DNA of 64,000 bases from Basidiobolus meristosporus CBS 931.73 (Eukaryota > Fungi > Basidiobolomycota). The DNA is taken from positions 1-64,000 of the forward strand of contig MCFE01000508.1 of assembly GCA_002104905.1 (NCBI GenBank), given 5' to 3'. A program made the position numbers and the translations under genes. Shown in pieces: positions 1 to 12,471 of the stretch (position 1 is the first letter of the stretch; the number at the start of each line of letters is the position of its first letter). Below the pieces are notes generated by a model. That model did no database searches. It was not told the origin of the DNA and worked only from the letters and a program-made list of their open reading frames with translations.

Positions 1-265
1 AAATCAAACTTGGGACTTAGTCAAATTACCAATCAACCAAAAATCAATTGGATGCAGATGGGTCTTTAAGACAAAAATACTAGGCTGATGGTAAAATTGA
101 AAGATACAAAGCAAGACTTGTAGCCAAAGGATACTCTCAAACAAAAGGACTTGACTGTACTGAGACCTTGGCACCGGTAGCCAAGTTTAATTCCATCAGA
201 TTAATATTGGCTATTGCAGCCAAATGTAAGTTTTTTATTCATCAAATGGATGTAAAACTGCATTT

Positions 266-1483
266 TTGAATGGAGAAGTTGATGAGGATGTGTATATGGA
301 CCACCCTGATGGGTTTGTTGACCAAGATAACCCCCATTTGGTCTGCAAGCTTAAAAAGTTACTATATGGTCTCAAACAATCACCAAGAGCCTGGAATTGC
401 AAGATAGATTCTTATTTGGAATCTTTGAGTTTCAAAAGGAGTAATGCTGACTATAGTATATATTATAAGCCAGCTAGAGCAAATCCAGTTCTATTAGCTC
501 TATATGTGGATGATCTTATTATAGCCGCCAATAACCTAGAAACATTGGAAGAGACTAAGTACAGCCTATCTAAGGAGTTCAAGATGTCCAATCTAGGAGA
601 ACTTAGTTACTACTTAGGGATTAAGTTCTCCATAGACAGAAGTACCCAGACTATTACCCTAAGCCAATCCAAGTATATTCAAGATATACCAAAGAAGTAC
701 AAAATAGAAGACAGTAAACCGGCAGCTACCCCAATGGAGACAAACCTTAACTTGGTCAAAACTCAACCAAATCAAGAGAGCTTGGTGCCATCTGAAAGCC
801 CTGACTTTCCTTATCAATCTATGGTCGGCAGTCTGATGTATCTTATGCTTGGAACACGTCCAGATATCTCATATTCAGTGGGAGTGGTCAGCCAACATAA
901 TCAGAATTATGGATCTGATCAAATTGCAGCAGTTAAGTGGATTTTTAGATACCTAAAAGGAACTGCTGATATCCGCTTAAGATACACTTATAAGGATTCA
1001 GAACAGGATCTTGTGGGATACTCTGATGCTGATTGGGGACAAAATTTGGAAGACAGAAGATCTACCACAGGATACACCTTTCTTTACTGTAAAGGAGCAA
1101 TTTCATGGAATTCAAGAAAGCAACCACCCATAGCACTTTCTACTACAGAGGCAGAGTATATGGCAGCCTGTGAAGCTACAAAAGAAGCAATGTGGTTAAG
1201 AAAGCTCTTTACAGATTTAGGCCTATGTCAAAAAACGCCTATTACTTTATTTCAAGATAATCAAGGATGTATACAATTAGGTAGAAATCCAACTTTTCAT
1301 GCTAGAACCAAGCACATAGTTATTAGACATCATTTCACACGTGAAGCTATAGAGAATAACATAGTTAGCTTAGTTAACTGTCCTACAGATGAAATTATTG
1401 CAGAAATATTTACCAAACCATTAGCTAGAGACAAGTTTGAGTATCTTAGGTCAAAATTAGGACTAGTCAGTATGAACATTTAG
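266..1483 (+). CDS. pol: Copia pol C-terminal fragment: reverse transcriptase + RNase H (upstream part at 1-265 is frameshifted)
   Basis: 405-aa ORF with [35 protein letters not shown]-like [15 protein letters not shown]. Confidence 0.92.
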   Translation: MNGEVDEDVYMDHPDGFVDQDNPHLVCKLKKLLYGLKQSPRAWNCKIDSYLESLSFKRSNADYSIYYKPARANPVLLALYVDDLIIAANNLETLEETKYSLSKEFKMSNLGELSYYLGIKFSIDRSTQTITLSQSKYIQDIPKKYKIEDSKPAATPMETNLNLVKTQPNQESLVPSESPDFPYQSMVGSLMYLMLGTRPDISYSVGVVSQHNQNYGSDQIAAVKWIFRYLKGTADIRLRYTYKDSEQDLVGYSDADWGQNLEDRRSTTGYTFLYCKGAISWNSRKQPPIALSTTEAEYMAACEATKEAMWLRKLFTDLGLCQKTPITLFQDNQGCIQLGRNPTFHARTKHIVIRHHFTREAIENNIVSLVNCPTDEIIAEIFTKPLARDKFEYLRSKLGLVSMNI

Positions 1484-1494
1484 CTGAGTGGGAG
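1484..1494 (+). other. Polypurine tract of copia A
   Basis: CTGAGTGGGAG directly before LTR TG; same tract at 56024-56033, 63729-63739 (minus) and 17287-17296. Confidence 0.85.
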
Positions 1495-1843
1495 TGTTGT
1501 AAAAATTGGTATTTCCACCTAAATATGCACCTAACTTAGTCACTTGGATCATCACCTTCAAATACTAGAGAATACTGACCAAATTCCTTGTTGGGATTTA
1601 CTTAGAATATTTTCACCAAAATACCAGGTACCCAGAACATGAAAATTCTCAAAGTTGTCCAAACAGCCCCAAACTTTGCACACATGTTCTTGGCACCTTC
1701 CTTAACCTATTCTACGTGTTTGTAATGCCATGACCAGGTAAAAGTATAAATACTACTTTTACATTCAATAAATCATTAAGTGTAAACCACATAATCTACT
1801 TGTTCTCCAAATCACTTCCAATATCTCCAAGACTCTTACAACA
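1495..1843 (+). repeat. Copia A LTR (349 bp)
   Basis: TGTTGTAA...TTACAACA termini; homologous to 55676-56023 and 63379-63728. Confidence 0.95.
1745..1772 (+). promoter_or_regulatory. TATA box and AATAAA within copia A LTR
   Basis: TATAAATA at 1745, AATAAA at 1767; the same arrangement occurs in the copia C LTR. Confidence 0.55.
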
Positions 1844-4030
1844 CTTGCATGGTGTGTGGAGAATATTGGGCCTTGCTTCACCTTTTGGTAGTTTCCTATG
1901 GAGTGGATATGTGGGAAGATAGGAGACAAGTGAAGTTGAAAGCACTACCATATCCCAATATTATCAAGAATATTACCTTAAAGTCTGTCATGGAAGTGAT
2001 GAGTTGGCACATGGAGGACAGCCAGAAACAGTTAGAAATTACTGAGGACAAATGTGCACATGGAGACACCTATGCCTATGGCGTTAAGAAGCTAAGCAGC
2101 CCCAATGCGTGGGTAATCAGTTAAGTAATGCAAAGTTGGGTTGGGTGCAATAAGCAACTAATGTTTATCAGGAAAGCTCCACCAAGATATACCGGATTTC
2201 TTGTGGTCACAAGCCAACTTCTACACTATACAACACAGAATTCACACAAACAAAAGCCAGAGCGCACCTATAAGGGGGACTAGAATCCAGCAGGGAGAAG
2301 GAAAATATTGGCTAAATACTAAGAAGTTCTTTGCCAATGTTCAGGAGGTATTCATGGCAGAAGTGGCAACAACCAAGCATATGCTTGCAAGATGTATATG
2401 ATACCAGCAGTACAAGGTATATGGCAACCTTGCAAATATCACACTAAAAAGCTGTAAAGTTGAGGTGATAAAAGAATGACAATTGTGGCAGGTGTGTGCG
2501 TTTGTAGAGGTTAGTAAGCTGGAGGCAATAGTTTCTTTTTTGATTTGAACTATATGTGGAATACCCAAGGTAGTAGTAGGTACTCAAATAAAGAAAGGTG
2601 ATTCTACAGTGGAATATATGAATTGCACAAGGGGAGGTAGAAAAAGGAAATACCATTTGGTAAATTGGTACGGTGGTATTATACAGAACCAGCAGTGTAG
2701 CAGGGTGACAGTGACACCCACTGACAGATGTGCTCATTCCCTTATTTTCTACTTCCCTGCATCTCTACTACACTTATTTTAGTTTTATCCCATTTGTCTT
2801 ACCCAATCAGTACTATCCCATAAGCCGGTTCACTATCACACCTGCTTACCTTATTGCATAAGTTACCCCTCACTTTATGTAAGATTACTAGCTATAAGTG
2901 CTTCTATATTAGGCAAGTACCCGTGCCAGTACCCGTGACACAAGATCAGCCTGTGTCACCATCCCTACCATTTCCATACCATATATGGTATCCCCATGTT
3001 ACACAGGTTTCAGAATACTGATTCCTGATTGGTTGGATGTGCTGTGCCTCTTAGAACCTTCCGGCACCTACTTAGAACATTCTTAGTTCATTCTGATGTC
3101 ATTAAGATTTCTATTGATATCCAGAACCTTCTGGAACACCATGATTAGTAATCACTTAGCCAGTAAGAAAAGTACATAAGGGAGGCTATCCCTCAACAAT
3201 AAATCATCAACCCTTTTATCAATATACCAACTTGTTGATTAGTGTGATCACTGCTACCTGCTGCTACCTGAACTTCCAACCCTAGACCACAGGACACTCC
3301 CAGGAAACCATGCTGACAGCCAACTGACCTTGGAGGCACTACTTGTGAGGAATACTCAGAGTAGGTATCTTTTATTATATTTGATTCTTTCCCAAGTTTG
3401 TTCTTGTACAGGCAAAGATACTTTTCTGTCTTTGTAACTATTGACCACAGCTGCATTCTTATCAAGTCCCTGCTGGTGGAGTTTACAGTTGTTTTGACTT
3501 TGGAAGCATTAGTACATTGTCATCTCAAAGGACACTGAACCCAGCACATACTTTTGTTAAGAGGCCAACTTAGTTGGGGATTGTAGCTCAATAGTTTTCC
3601 CTTGACAAGCTTGTGGCTTTATTTGCCTTCACATTAGATTAGAGACAGAACTCAAGTATTCCTAGCAAGCTTTTGCCAGAGGTTATTGCACCCAGTGAAC
3701 ACCCCACACACAAAACACCTGAGAAGTGTTGGATGTATCTCTCCCTTGGACCAATACACCACCACAGCGGTAGGCTGGCAAACTGCCAAAAAAATGCCTT
3801 CAGAGTCTTGCTGTGAGGCTGCCAAAATACCATCACGTTTCTTGCCATATAAGGCAATTGGAAGTCCTGGCCAACTGGATCCACTTAAAATAGTAATAGA
3901 GTGCTGAAAGACTGCGCAATACCACGCAAATATTGTCACAGCACCTATCACAAATTGTCAAGTTACTAACGGGATCTTGATGGATGATCTGGGTCAGATC
4001 CACCTGCAGGACCAAATTATTCTCATAGGG
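1844..4030 (+). pseudogene. C-terminal remnant of CACTA-like (tnp2) transposase, interrupted by a solo LTR at 2696-3766
   Basis: Homologous to the reverse complement of 32200-33150 and 38770-39520, which lie downstream of the tnp2 core. Confidence 0.75.
2696..3766 (+). mobile_element. Solo LTR, gypsy family B (1071 bp), 4-bp TSD GCAG/GCGG
   Basis: TG...CA; same length as 9558-10628 and 50425-51495; host tnp2 sequence rejoins across it. Confidence 0.93.
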
Positions 4031-4226
4031 GTTGAACACAGCTGCATTCTTATCAAGTCCCTGCTGGTGGGGCTTGAAGTTGTTTTGACTTTGGAAGCTT
4101 TGGTACATTGTTATCTCAAAGGATGCTGAACCCAGCACATACTTTTGTTAAGACGCCAACCAAGTTGGGGATTGTAGCTCAATAGTTTACCCTTGACAAG
4201 CTTGTGGCATTATTCCCCATCACATT

Positions 4227-4960
4227 AGACTTGTTCCATTGGATAGTGCCACATTGAGCCATGAGTGCCAAATGATGCCATAGTGTGCCAGAGAGGTAAA
4301 GTGAGCCTATACTTGGCCACAGAGTGTGAAACATAGCTCTGCATTGTCATGTAAAGCAGCCCCTGTGTTTCAGCCATTGCGCAGGAGAAAATCCATTTTT
4401 TGACCTTTTTTTGTGGATCAATGTAGCTCAGGATGTGTAAGAGCACAGGAGAACAGAAGATATGCGTCTGGTACTCAATACCCATGGCACTCTGAATCTA
4501 GCTCCTGTAGCTTGTATCATGTCACAAAAATGAATGGCACTATCTTGGTCCACTGGTACTATCTGGCACTATAAGTGCTTTGTATAGATCTTACTTTAGG
4601 TCTAATATTTAAATATAGTGCCAGATAGTACCAGTGGACCAAGATAGTGCCATTTGTTTTTGTGACATGATACAAGCTACAAGAGCTAGATTCAGAGTCC
4701 CATGGGTATTGAGTACCAGATGCATATCTTCAATCTGCTTGTGCTCTAACACATCCTGCACAACATTGATCCAAAAAAAAAGGTCAAAAAGTGGATTTTC
4801 TCCAACACAATGGGTGAAACACAGCGGCTGCTTTGCATGAAGATGCAGAGCTATGTTTCACACTTTGTGGCCAGGTAGAGGCTCACTTGGCCTCTCTGGC
4901 ACACTATGGCATCATTTGGCACTCACGGCTCAATGTGGCACTATCTGACGGAACAAGTCC
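4227..4960. mobile_element. Foldback MITE (734 bp) of the Pangu/PIF-Harbinger-like family, TSD ATT
   Basis: Termini AGACTTGTTCC...GGAACAAGTCC, 347-bp inverted arms, 40-bp spacer, inserted in a gypsy B LTR. Confidence 0.92.
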
Positions 4961-5098
4961 ATTATATTAGAGAGAGAACCCAAGAATTCCTAGCAAGCTT
5001 TTACCAGAGGTTATTGCACCCAGTGAACACCCCACACACAAAACACTTGAGAAGTGTTGGACATATCTCTCCCTTGGACTTATACACCACAACACACC

Positions 5099-5116
5099 TG
5101 GCACCCAACTTGGGGG
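5099..5116 (+). other. Primer binding site of gypsy B, tRNA-Lys(CUU)-like
   Basis: TGGCACCCAACTTGGGGG, 15/18 match to the known Lys1,2 PBS TGGCGCCCAACGTGGGGC, 4 nt after the LTR end. Confidence 0.75.
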
Positions 5117-5233
5117 GTTCATACAAGCTCCATAGGACCCCACAAGATTTACCTGAAGATATGATCCGTTATCCACTTATTAAAAAGAGATTCCAATATT
5201 ATTAAGATTACAACACCAACCTACCTACCCAAA

Positions 5234-8200
5234 ATGAACTCTGTGCCATTTTCACTCTCACATGGAGCCCCACAGTTTGATGGAAACAATGTGGAAAGCT
5301 TTATATTCAAATGGGAGAAGCTCTGCAAGATGTGTAGCCTATCTGAACATGAAATGGCTGAAGACTTCCCCTACTACTGCACTGATGATAGTACCACTAA
5401 GCTTCTCAGACAAATAAGACATTCTCACTGACTGGGCCATAATGAAGACCTATCTACAGACCAAGTAAGGTAGACCCCAGATATACTATGGAATTGAAGA
5501 CCTCAGACACTTTGGAAGGACTGGACTTTCCAAGCTACCACTTGAAGAGTTCATTCAACAGTATGAAGATATGGCCAAGCCACTCCTACAGTCGCAGGCT
5601 ATAACTGAGTTTACCATCACACTTCACCTTGCACAAGTGCTTCCCCAGGACTTGGCAAGCAAAGTTGACTTATATGCAGCAAAGGATGACAAGTCTGGCA
5701 TCCATGCTTTGCAGAGATGAAATGTGTTCTCCTAGAAGCAAAGTTGACTACCACATTCATAAGACTTCTGAAGCCTAATCTGCAAGACAAGGCAATCAAG
5801 GAACCAAGGAGTGCTGTTGCTGACAATCAGACTAACACTACTGACAGAATTGACCAACTTGCTGAACAGCTACAAAAGCTAGCTCTCAAGATTAATGGCT
5901 CAGCTGAAGTAGCTACTGAGAGCCATAGATCTTTGCCCAGACATTGAACATATGGACACCCATATAATTCAGACAAACCATGAAGACCACCAAAATGATC
6001 ACTACACTACTGAATATAAGACCTTTTACTCAGTGGCAACTGCTGTGGTGAAAGGGTATATATATCATGACCCTGTAGACTGATATATTGACAGTGGTTC
6101 AGAGATTTGTGTTGTACCGCTACACTTCTGGAAGACACTTAGAAACAAGGAGCTACTGCCTGTGGATAGAGATAATGAATGGAGCATGATTGGTGCAAAC
6201 TCAGTATCTAGTCCACTCTATGGTGTAGTGATAAGTTCCCTATTGAGGTGCAAGGAATCAAGGTCTGGCTTCCCCTCTTTATCTGCCGGAAAGCAAACTT
6301 TGACCTTCTGCTATGCAGACCATGGGTGACCAGTACTAAGGCTACAACTACCAATTATTCCAATGGGTCAGTGTGGTATACTATACAAGGATCAAACCCT
6401 GGGCTACAGTCATCATTCTGTGGTGCAACACCCAACAATAAGAGACACATCCTACTTGCCAGAAGACACATCTTGCTATGGAAGAAGATGAGGAGCCTCA
6501 CTACATACACCCCAACATTTGGAGCTGCTCATTAGGTATACAGGAGCAAATGGCTATGGATCAAACAAAATACAAGACGGTAGAACAGAAGATTAGACCA
6601 TCAGTTACACCTTTGACTGATGAATCCTGGCCTACTGATTAGATCATGCCACCAAACAAAGCACCAGAAGATATACAACTTACACTGGAGAGACTTAAGC
6701 AAATTATCATTGGCAATGGAAACCTAACATCAGAGGAGATCTTGTTATTTGAAGAAACTCTGAAAAGACATGATAAGGCTTTCTCATATGATGACAAGGA
6801 GATAGGGCTCTTAAAGACATTGCTGAGAAATCTATCAAGATTCCTTCAGTGCCCCACACACCCTGGTCATTTAAGACTTACCCACTGCCCAGAAGACTCC
6901 AGGCTGAGCTCCATGACCTGCTTAAGAAGAAGATAAAAGTTGGTATCCTAGAACCTTGCCATGGACCTTATGCTAACAAATGGTTTGTGACCAAAGAGAA
7001 GAATGTGAAGCTCCAATTCATTCAAGACATGCAACCTGCAAATGCTGTCACTTTCAGAGATGCTGCTATGCCTCCATCTATTGATGACTTTGCAGAAAGC
7101 TTTAGTGGCCATTCCATCTAATCAACATACAATCTCTACGCAGGGTATGACCAGATCCCCCCTGGTGAGACATCAAGAAATATGTTTGAACTCCAGACAC
7201 CATATGGACTGTTGAGGATGACAAGACTCACCCAAGGGGCTACAAGCTCCGTAGCTCAGTTCCAGAGATGCATGGTGAATGTGCTGTACCAGTTTATACC
7301 TGAGAAACATGCTGTTTTTGTTAATGACATAGGCATCAAAGTACCAAGAATCCGGGACACCACTGAAGTTATGCCTGGAGTAGGTAAGTTTGTCTATGAC
7401 CATATTTCAGACAATGATGCCATATTGGGAGCCATTGAAGAAGCTGGACTCACTATCAGTGGTGAGAAAAGTAGCTTTGGTATATCAGAGATATCCATTG
7501 TTGGACAAAAATGCAACACCTTTGGTTGTTCACCTGGAGACTCCAAGACACAAAAAATATGCAATTGGCCTACCCCCACAAATCTAAGACAAGCTTGTGG
7601 CATTGTGGCCGCTTGCGGGTTCTTTAGGATCTGGATGCCAAGATTTTCTGAGACAGCAGAACCAATCTACCAACTACAGAAAAAGAATACCCCATTTTTC
7701 TGTGGTGAAGAGCAAGAAGAAGCCATGCAATTACTAAAAGAGTCTTTAGTATCTCCCTGATTCTAAGACCTCTTGACTATCAGAACACTGACTGCCCACC
7801 TATTTTGACAGTGGATGCAAGCCCTATAGGAGCTGGGGCACTACTTGGCCAAGATGATGAAGATGGCAACTGCTATGCCAGCAGATATGAAAGCTGTCTA
7901 TTCTCTCCTAGAGAACAAAGATACTCACAGATTAAGAGAGAGCTACTAGTCATTGTGAAGATGCTGAGGAAGCTGAAGTCACAACTCTACATGACACATT
8001 TCATCCTGGAGACAGATGCCAAGCCACATATAGGAATGATCAACAAGCCTGACCTACCTGATAATGCCACAAAGCAATGAATGGCATGGCTGAGAATGTT
8101 TGACTTTGAGGTCAGCCATATCCCTGGCAAGACAAATGTTGTGGCTGATGCACTCTCCAGAAAGGGACCACAATTATTTGAAGACTTGGACCCTGGCTTT

Positions 8201-9520
8201 GATGATATAATTGATGCAGATATCCAACAGATTGCCATCAAAGACCAAGAAAGAACTGCCTGGAGTCTGATCAAGGAATATCTAAGGACACTCAAGAACC
8301 CTAGTAGGATAGAAATTCTGGAGTTTAGAAAACTTGGAAAGAAGGCGCACCACTACATTCTCAAAGATGATCTTCTCTTTAAACAAGTGAAGCATGGACT
8401 TATGTCAAGAAGAGTAGTCACAACCCCACAAGAGCAACTGAACATCATGAGAGGTATCCACCAAGGAGAACCAGGAGGACATAGAGGACAAGAAGCCACC
8501 TACACAACTACAGCTCAGAGGTACTACTGGGAGAACATGTAATATGATATCCAACACTTTGTTGAGTCATGTGCAGCCTGCCAGAGGAGATTCTCTAAGT
8601 GTTATGAAGAACCACTGCATCCTACTTACACAATCTGACTATGACAAAAGGTTGGTATTGACCTTGTCCACATGTCCACAGCTGGATCAATGAAGTACCT
8701 GATTGTTGCTAGAGATGTCCTTAGTGGATGGGCAGAGGCTTAAGTCAAACTACAAGTGCCATACCATATGGAGATTTATACTTGAAGACATTATCTGCAG
8801 GTTTGGCTGCATCCAACAGTTTGTTGCTGACACAGGAGAGATGATATTCCAAATGATCCAGGAGTAGTGCTCAAAGTACAAGATACACATTGCTTTTACT
8901 ACAGCTTACCATCTATAAGCCAATAGAATGGTAGCAAGAGGACATGGACCACTGGTAAACTCTCTTGTTAAGATCTGAGATAATAATGCAGCCCTGTGGC
9001 CACAGTAATTACATCTTGCACTCTGGGCAGATAGAATTACTACCAAGAGAACAACTGGATTATTGCCATTTAAGCTACTCTATGGACATGACTGCATACT
9101 ACCAGTTGAGTTAGACATAGTCACTTGGAACGCATTGGGTTGGAAATCTAATATACAGACTAATGACATCCTAACCACTTGTATACAGCAACTTGACCAC
9201 CATGGCCTAAATGTCCACAGAGCTGCCAAACAACTGAAGGATACATGGCTGAAAAACAAAATACCCTTTGGCAAATTACACTCAACAAGACTAAAGCCAC
9301 TATCACTAAGAGACCCAGTATTACTCTATGAATCTACCTTGGACAAGTAATGGAGTTGGAAGTTTGCCAACAAATGGACTGGCCCCTACCTCATTTCCAA
9401 AGTAATTGGAAATGGAAGTTATTACATATCTGAGCTTGACAACACCCAGTTGAGAGCACCAGTTGCAGGGAACCAACTTAAGTTATTCAAGCATAGGAAC
9501 TTTGCACATCTGGATTAGTT
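5234..9520 (+). pseudogene. Degenerate gypsy B gag-pol (gag, protease IDSGSEIC at 6087, RT, RNase H, integrase)
   Basis: ORF fragments 5234-5431, 6849-7121, 7182-7760 (FVNDIGIK), 7805-8080 (TVDASPIGAG), 8081-8542 (HIPGKTNVVADALSR, GHRG), many stops and frameshifts. Confidence 0.92.
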
Positions 9521-9543
9521 TACTTTGACCCAAGCTGAAAGCT

Positions 9544-9557
9544 GAGAGGGGGGTAGA
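9544..9557 (+). other. Polypurine tract of gypsy B
   Basis: GAGAGGGGGGTAGA immediately before the 3' LTR. Confidence 0.8.
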
Positions 9558-10628
9558 TGTAGTAGGGTCACAGTGACACCTACTGACAGATGTGCTTATT
9601 CCCATATTTTCTACTTCCCTATTTCTCTACTACACTTATTTAAGTTTTATCCCATTTGTCTTACCTGTTCAGTGCTATCCCATGTGCCAGTTGACTATCA
9701 CACTTGCTTACCTTATTACATAAGTTATTCCCTGCTTTACCTAAGAGTACTAGCAGTAAGTGCTTCTATTCTGGGCAACTACCCATGCCAGTACCCGTGA
9801 CACATGATCTACCTGTGTAACCATCCCTGCCATTTCCATACCATATATGGTATCCCTATGTTACACAGGCTTCAGCATACTGATTCCTGATTGGTTGGAT
9901 GTGCTGCGCCTTGTAGAGCCTTCCAGCACCTACTTAGAACATTCTTAGGTCATTCTGATGTCATTAAGATTTCTATTGATATCTGGCACCTTCTGGAGCA
10001 CCATGATTAGTAGTCACTTAGTCAGTAAGAAAAGTATATAAGAGAGGCTATCCCTCAACAGTAAATAATCATCCCTTTTATCAATATACCAACTTGTTGA
10101 TCAGTGTGAGCACTGCTACCTACTGCTACCTGAACTTCCAACCCCAGACCACAGTACACTGCCAGGAAACTGTGCTGACAGCCAACTGACCTTGGAGGTA
10201 CTACTTATATGGAATACTCAGAGTAGGCATCTTTTATTATATTTGATTCTTTCCCAAGTTTGTTCTTGTACAGGCAAAGATACTTTTCTGTCTTTGTAAC
10301 TATTGACCATAGCTGCATTCTTATCAAGTCCCTGCTGGTGGAGTTTACAGTTGTTTTCACTTTGGAAGCTTTGGTACATTGTCATCTCAAAGGACACTGA
10401 ACCCAGCACATACTTTTGTTAAGACGCCAACTAAGTTGGGGATTGTAGCTCAATAGTTCTACCATGACAAGCTTGTGGCTTTATTCCCCATCACATTAGA
10501 TTAGAGACAGAGCCCAAGAATTCCTAGCAAGCTTTCACCAGAGGTTATTGCACCCAGTGAGCACCCCACACACAAAACACTTGAGAAGTGTTGTACATAT
10601 CTCTCCCTTGGACTCACACACCACCACA
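9558..10628 (+). repeat. Gypsy B 3' LTR (1071 bp), right flank GCAG
   Basis: Colinear with 2696-3766. Confidence 0.94.
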
Positions 10629-11760
10629 GCAGAACCAGATTGTTTTTCAAAGGGTGAAAGTTCTAGAATCTTCAACTTTGAAGAACAAAAGCCCAAGATC
10701 CTAACAGCAGCCCAGCTGCAACTATCATATTATGCAGAGCACTCAGTAGCCAATATATGTTTCAGATTACAGCTCATTTGAAGCAGAATTTAAGGAGTGA
10801 TGATCAATAGTGCACCATAGCCAAATATACTAGGCATTTGTTCCTAGGATTACCGTTGTTACTTTGATTTCATGTAGCTATTAACCTGCCAATCAAATCA
10901 TGTGAAGCTTACACAGGTGCTGCATCTATGTCCAATCTGCCCACTGCAAAATTTTAGCATTTTAACATGTGTATTGCTTGCACAATTGCCCAAAAACTTT
11001 GATTCTTTGGAATTTTCATAAACATGACTTCTCTGGTGGAAAAATAAAATAAGTACCTCTCCTTAAGAATGCAACAGTACCATTGTAAGATTAAAGGCTA
11101 TAAGACTCTCCCTGCATCACTGCACTGATGAGTAGTCTGACTCTAATTGGTACCACATTAGTAAAGAGAATGTAGAGCTCACAAGAATTCAACATAAATT
11201 CTGAGCAAAACTACCACTTCTTTGTCAGAGGATTCCTCTTTATGAGACCCCTTTACTCTACAGACACCCTGTTAGTCTATTAACTGCTCAAGAGGTTCCA
11301 CTAAAAAACACCTTTACTCTGAAGATTTACCTTTATGCAAATGCACCCCTTTAGACACCTATTTAAGTCCAAAGTCCCCTTTAGAGACCCCTTTGCCATA
11401 ACCCTTATGGTTAAGGAGGAGCTCAGACTTTCCCATAAAGGTGATATCTCTCAGCAATGAAAGCAAACTTCAAATCAGGAAAAGTTACTTTAAAAATCAA
11501 TAAGCCCAGCAGTAAGCCAAAGGTCAGAACTCTGTTGTAAGAGTGGGAAACATTGCCTGTAATATACTTTGAGTCTAAGATGAAGCATATAAGTGAAATT
11601 TACTTCTTCTGCTGATATGTTAAAGTCCTAAAAATATATTTCAATAGTAGAATACCAAAAGTTGCTGTACACCTCAGAACAACCATTGGATTGCAGAGCA
11701 AGCCCCAAACCAGTTCTAATACAGCATGCCAGAATTCATACAAGTACATACTAGTGTGTA
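10629..11760 (-). repeat. Unclassified repeat X, inverted copy
   Basis: Reverse complement of 49590-51830 (excluding the LTR) and 19921-20700. Confidence 0.7.
11236..11408 (-). repeat. Degenerate tandem array of (AGAG/A)CCCCTTT units within repeat X
   Basis: Repeated CCCTTT(A) motifs; mirrors 49924-50116. Confidence 0.75.
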
Positions 11761-11764
11761 CCAG

Positions 11765-12471
11765 TAAAGTGGACCAGAATTCAGTAAAGAAAAGGACTAT
11801 ACTAGCTAAGTAACAAAAATTACTTTGCTGATATTTAGGAGGTACTTGTAGCAGAAGTGGTGGCAACCAAGCATATGTTTGCAAGATGTATATGCTGCTA
11901 GCAATACAAGGTTTATTGCATCTTTGCAAGTATTGCATTGAAAAGCCCAAAAGTCTAGGTGATAGAAGTGTGTCAATTGGCAATTTCACAACAGAATACA
12001 AGAATGATGCAGGGCAAGGTAGCAGATGAAAATATCAACTGGTAAACTGGTATGGTAGCATTTTGCGGTGTTAGCCATAGACTACTATGCTACCACTATA
12101 ATTCCAACAGATGTCTTCTTCAAGGCCATCAAAATATTATAGTGTTCTTATGCATGTATGGCAATTGGACGTATTAGCCAGTTGAGTATACTGAAGTCAG
12201 TGCAGGCTGCATTCAGACCATCAGAATGCCGTCTAAATCCCAATAACAAAGCACTTGAACACTATCAAGCTTACCTTCCTATATAGTGGTATAATCACTA
12301 AATTACTGTCACAATCCCATCCTAGCAGTACACAGATGATCAGTAATCCTAAGCTGCCAGCAATATAATAGCCTTATTGTGGGTTCTTGATAGCTGGTCC
12401 TGATTGCATTCACATTTAGGACCAACTTATTTGTCATAGGTTATTTTCATCAAAAGCATCTGGTATATAGT
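11765..12471 (+). pseudogene. tnp2 transposase C-terminal remnant
   Basis: Homologous to 2270-2690 (e.g. GCAACCAAGCATATG block). Confidence 0.65.

Larger units (their letters stand above)
1..1843 (+). mobile_element. Ty1/copia LTR retrotransposon family A, copy 1 (3' part: RT-RNaseH, PPT, 3' LTR)
   Basis: Copia RT motifs (QTWDLVKLP, LYVDDL, YSDADW, TKHI) followed by PPT and an LTR ending TTACAACA; 3' flank CTTGC lies in a tnp2 remnant. Confidence 0.96.
4030..10628 (+). mobile_element. Ty3/gypsy element family B (5'-truncated 5' LTR ~4030-5094, degenerate gag-pol, 3' LTR 9558-10628)
   Basis: LTR-PBS-gag-PR-RT-RH-IN-PPT-LTR order. Confidence 0.93.

Noticed and set aside
11600-12001. 133-aa minus-strand ORF and the many other 60-130 aa ORFs
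   Set aside because: Shadow or junction-spanning frames over TE sequence, with no recognisable domains
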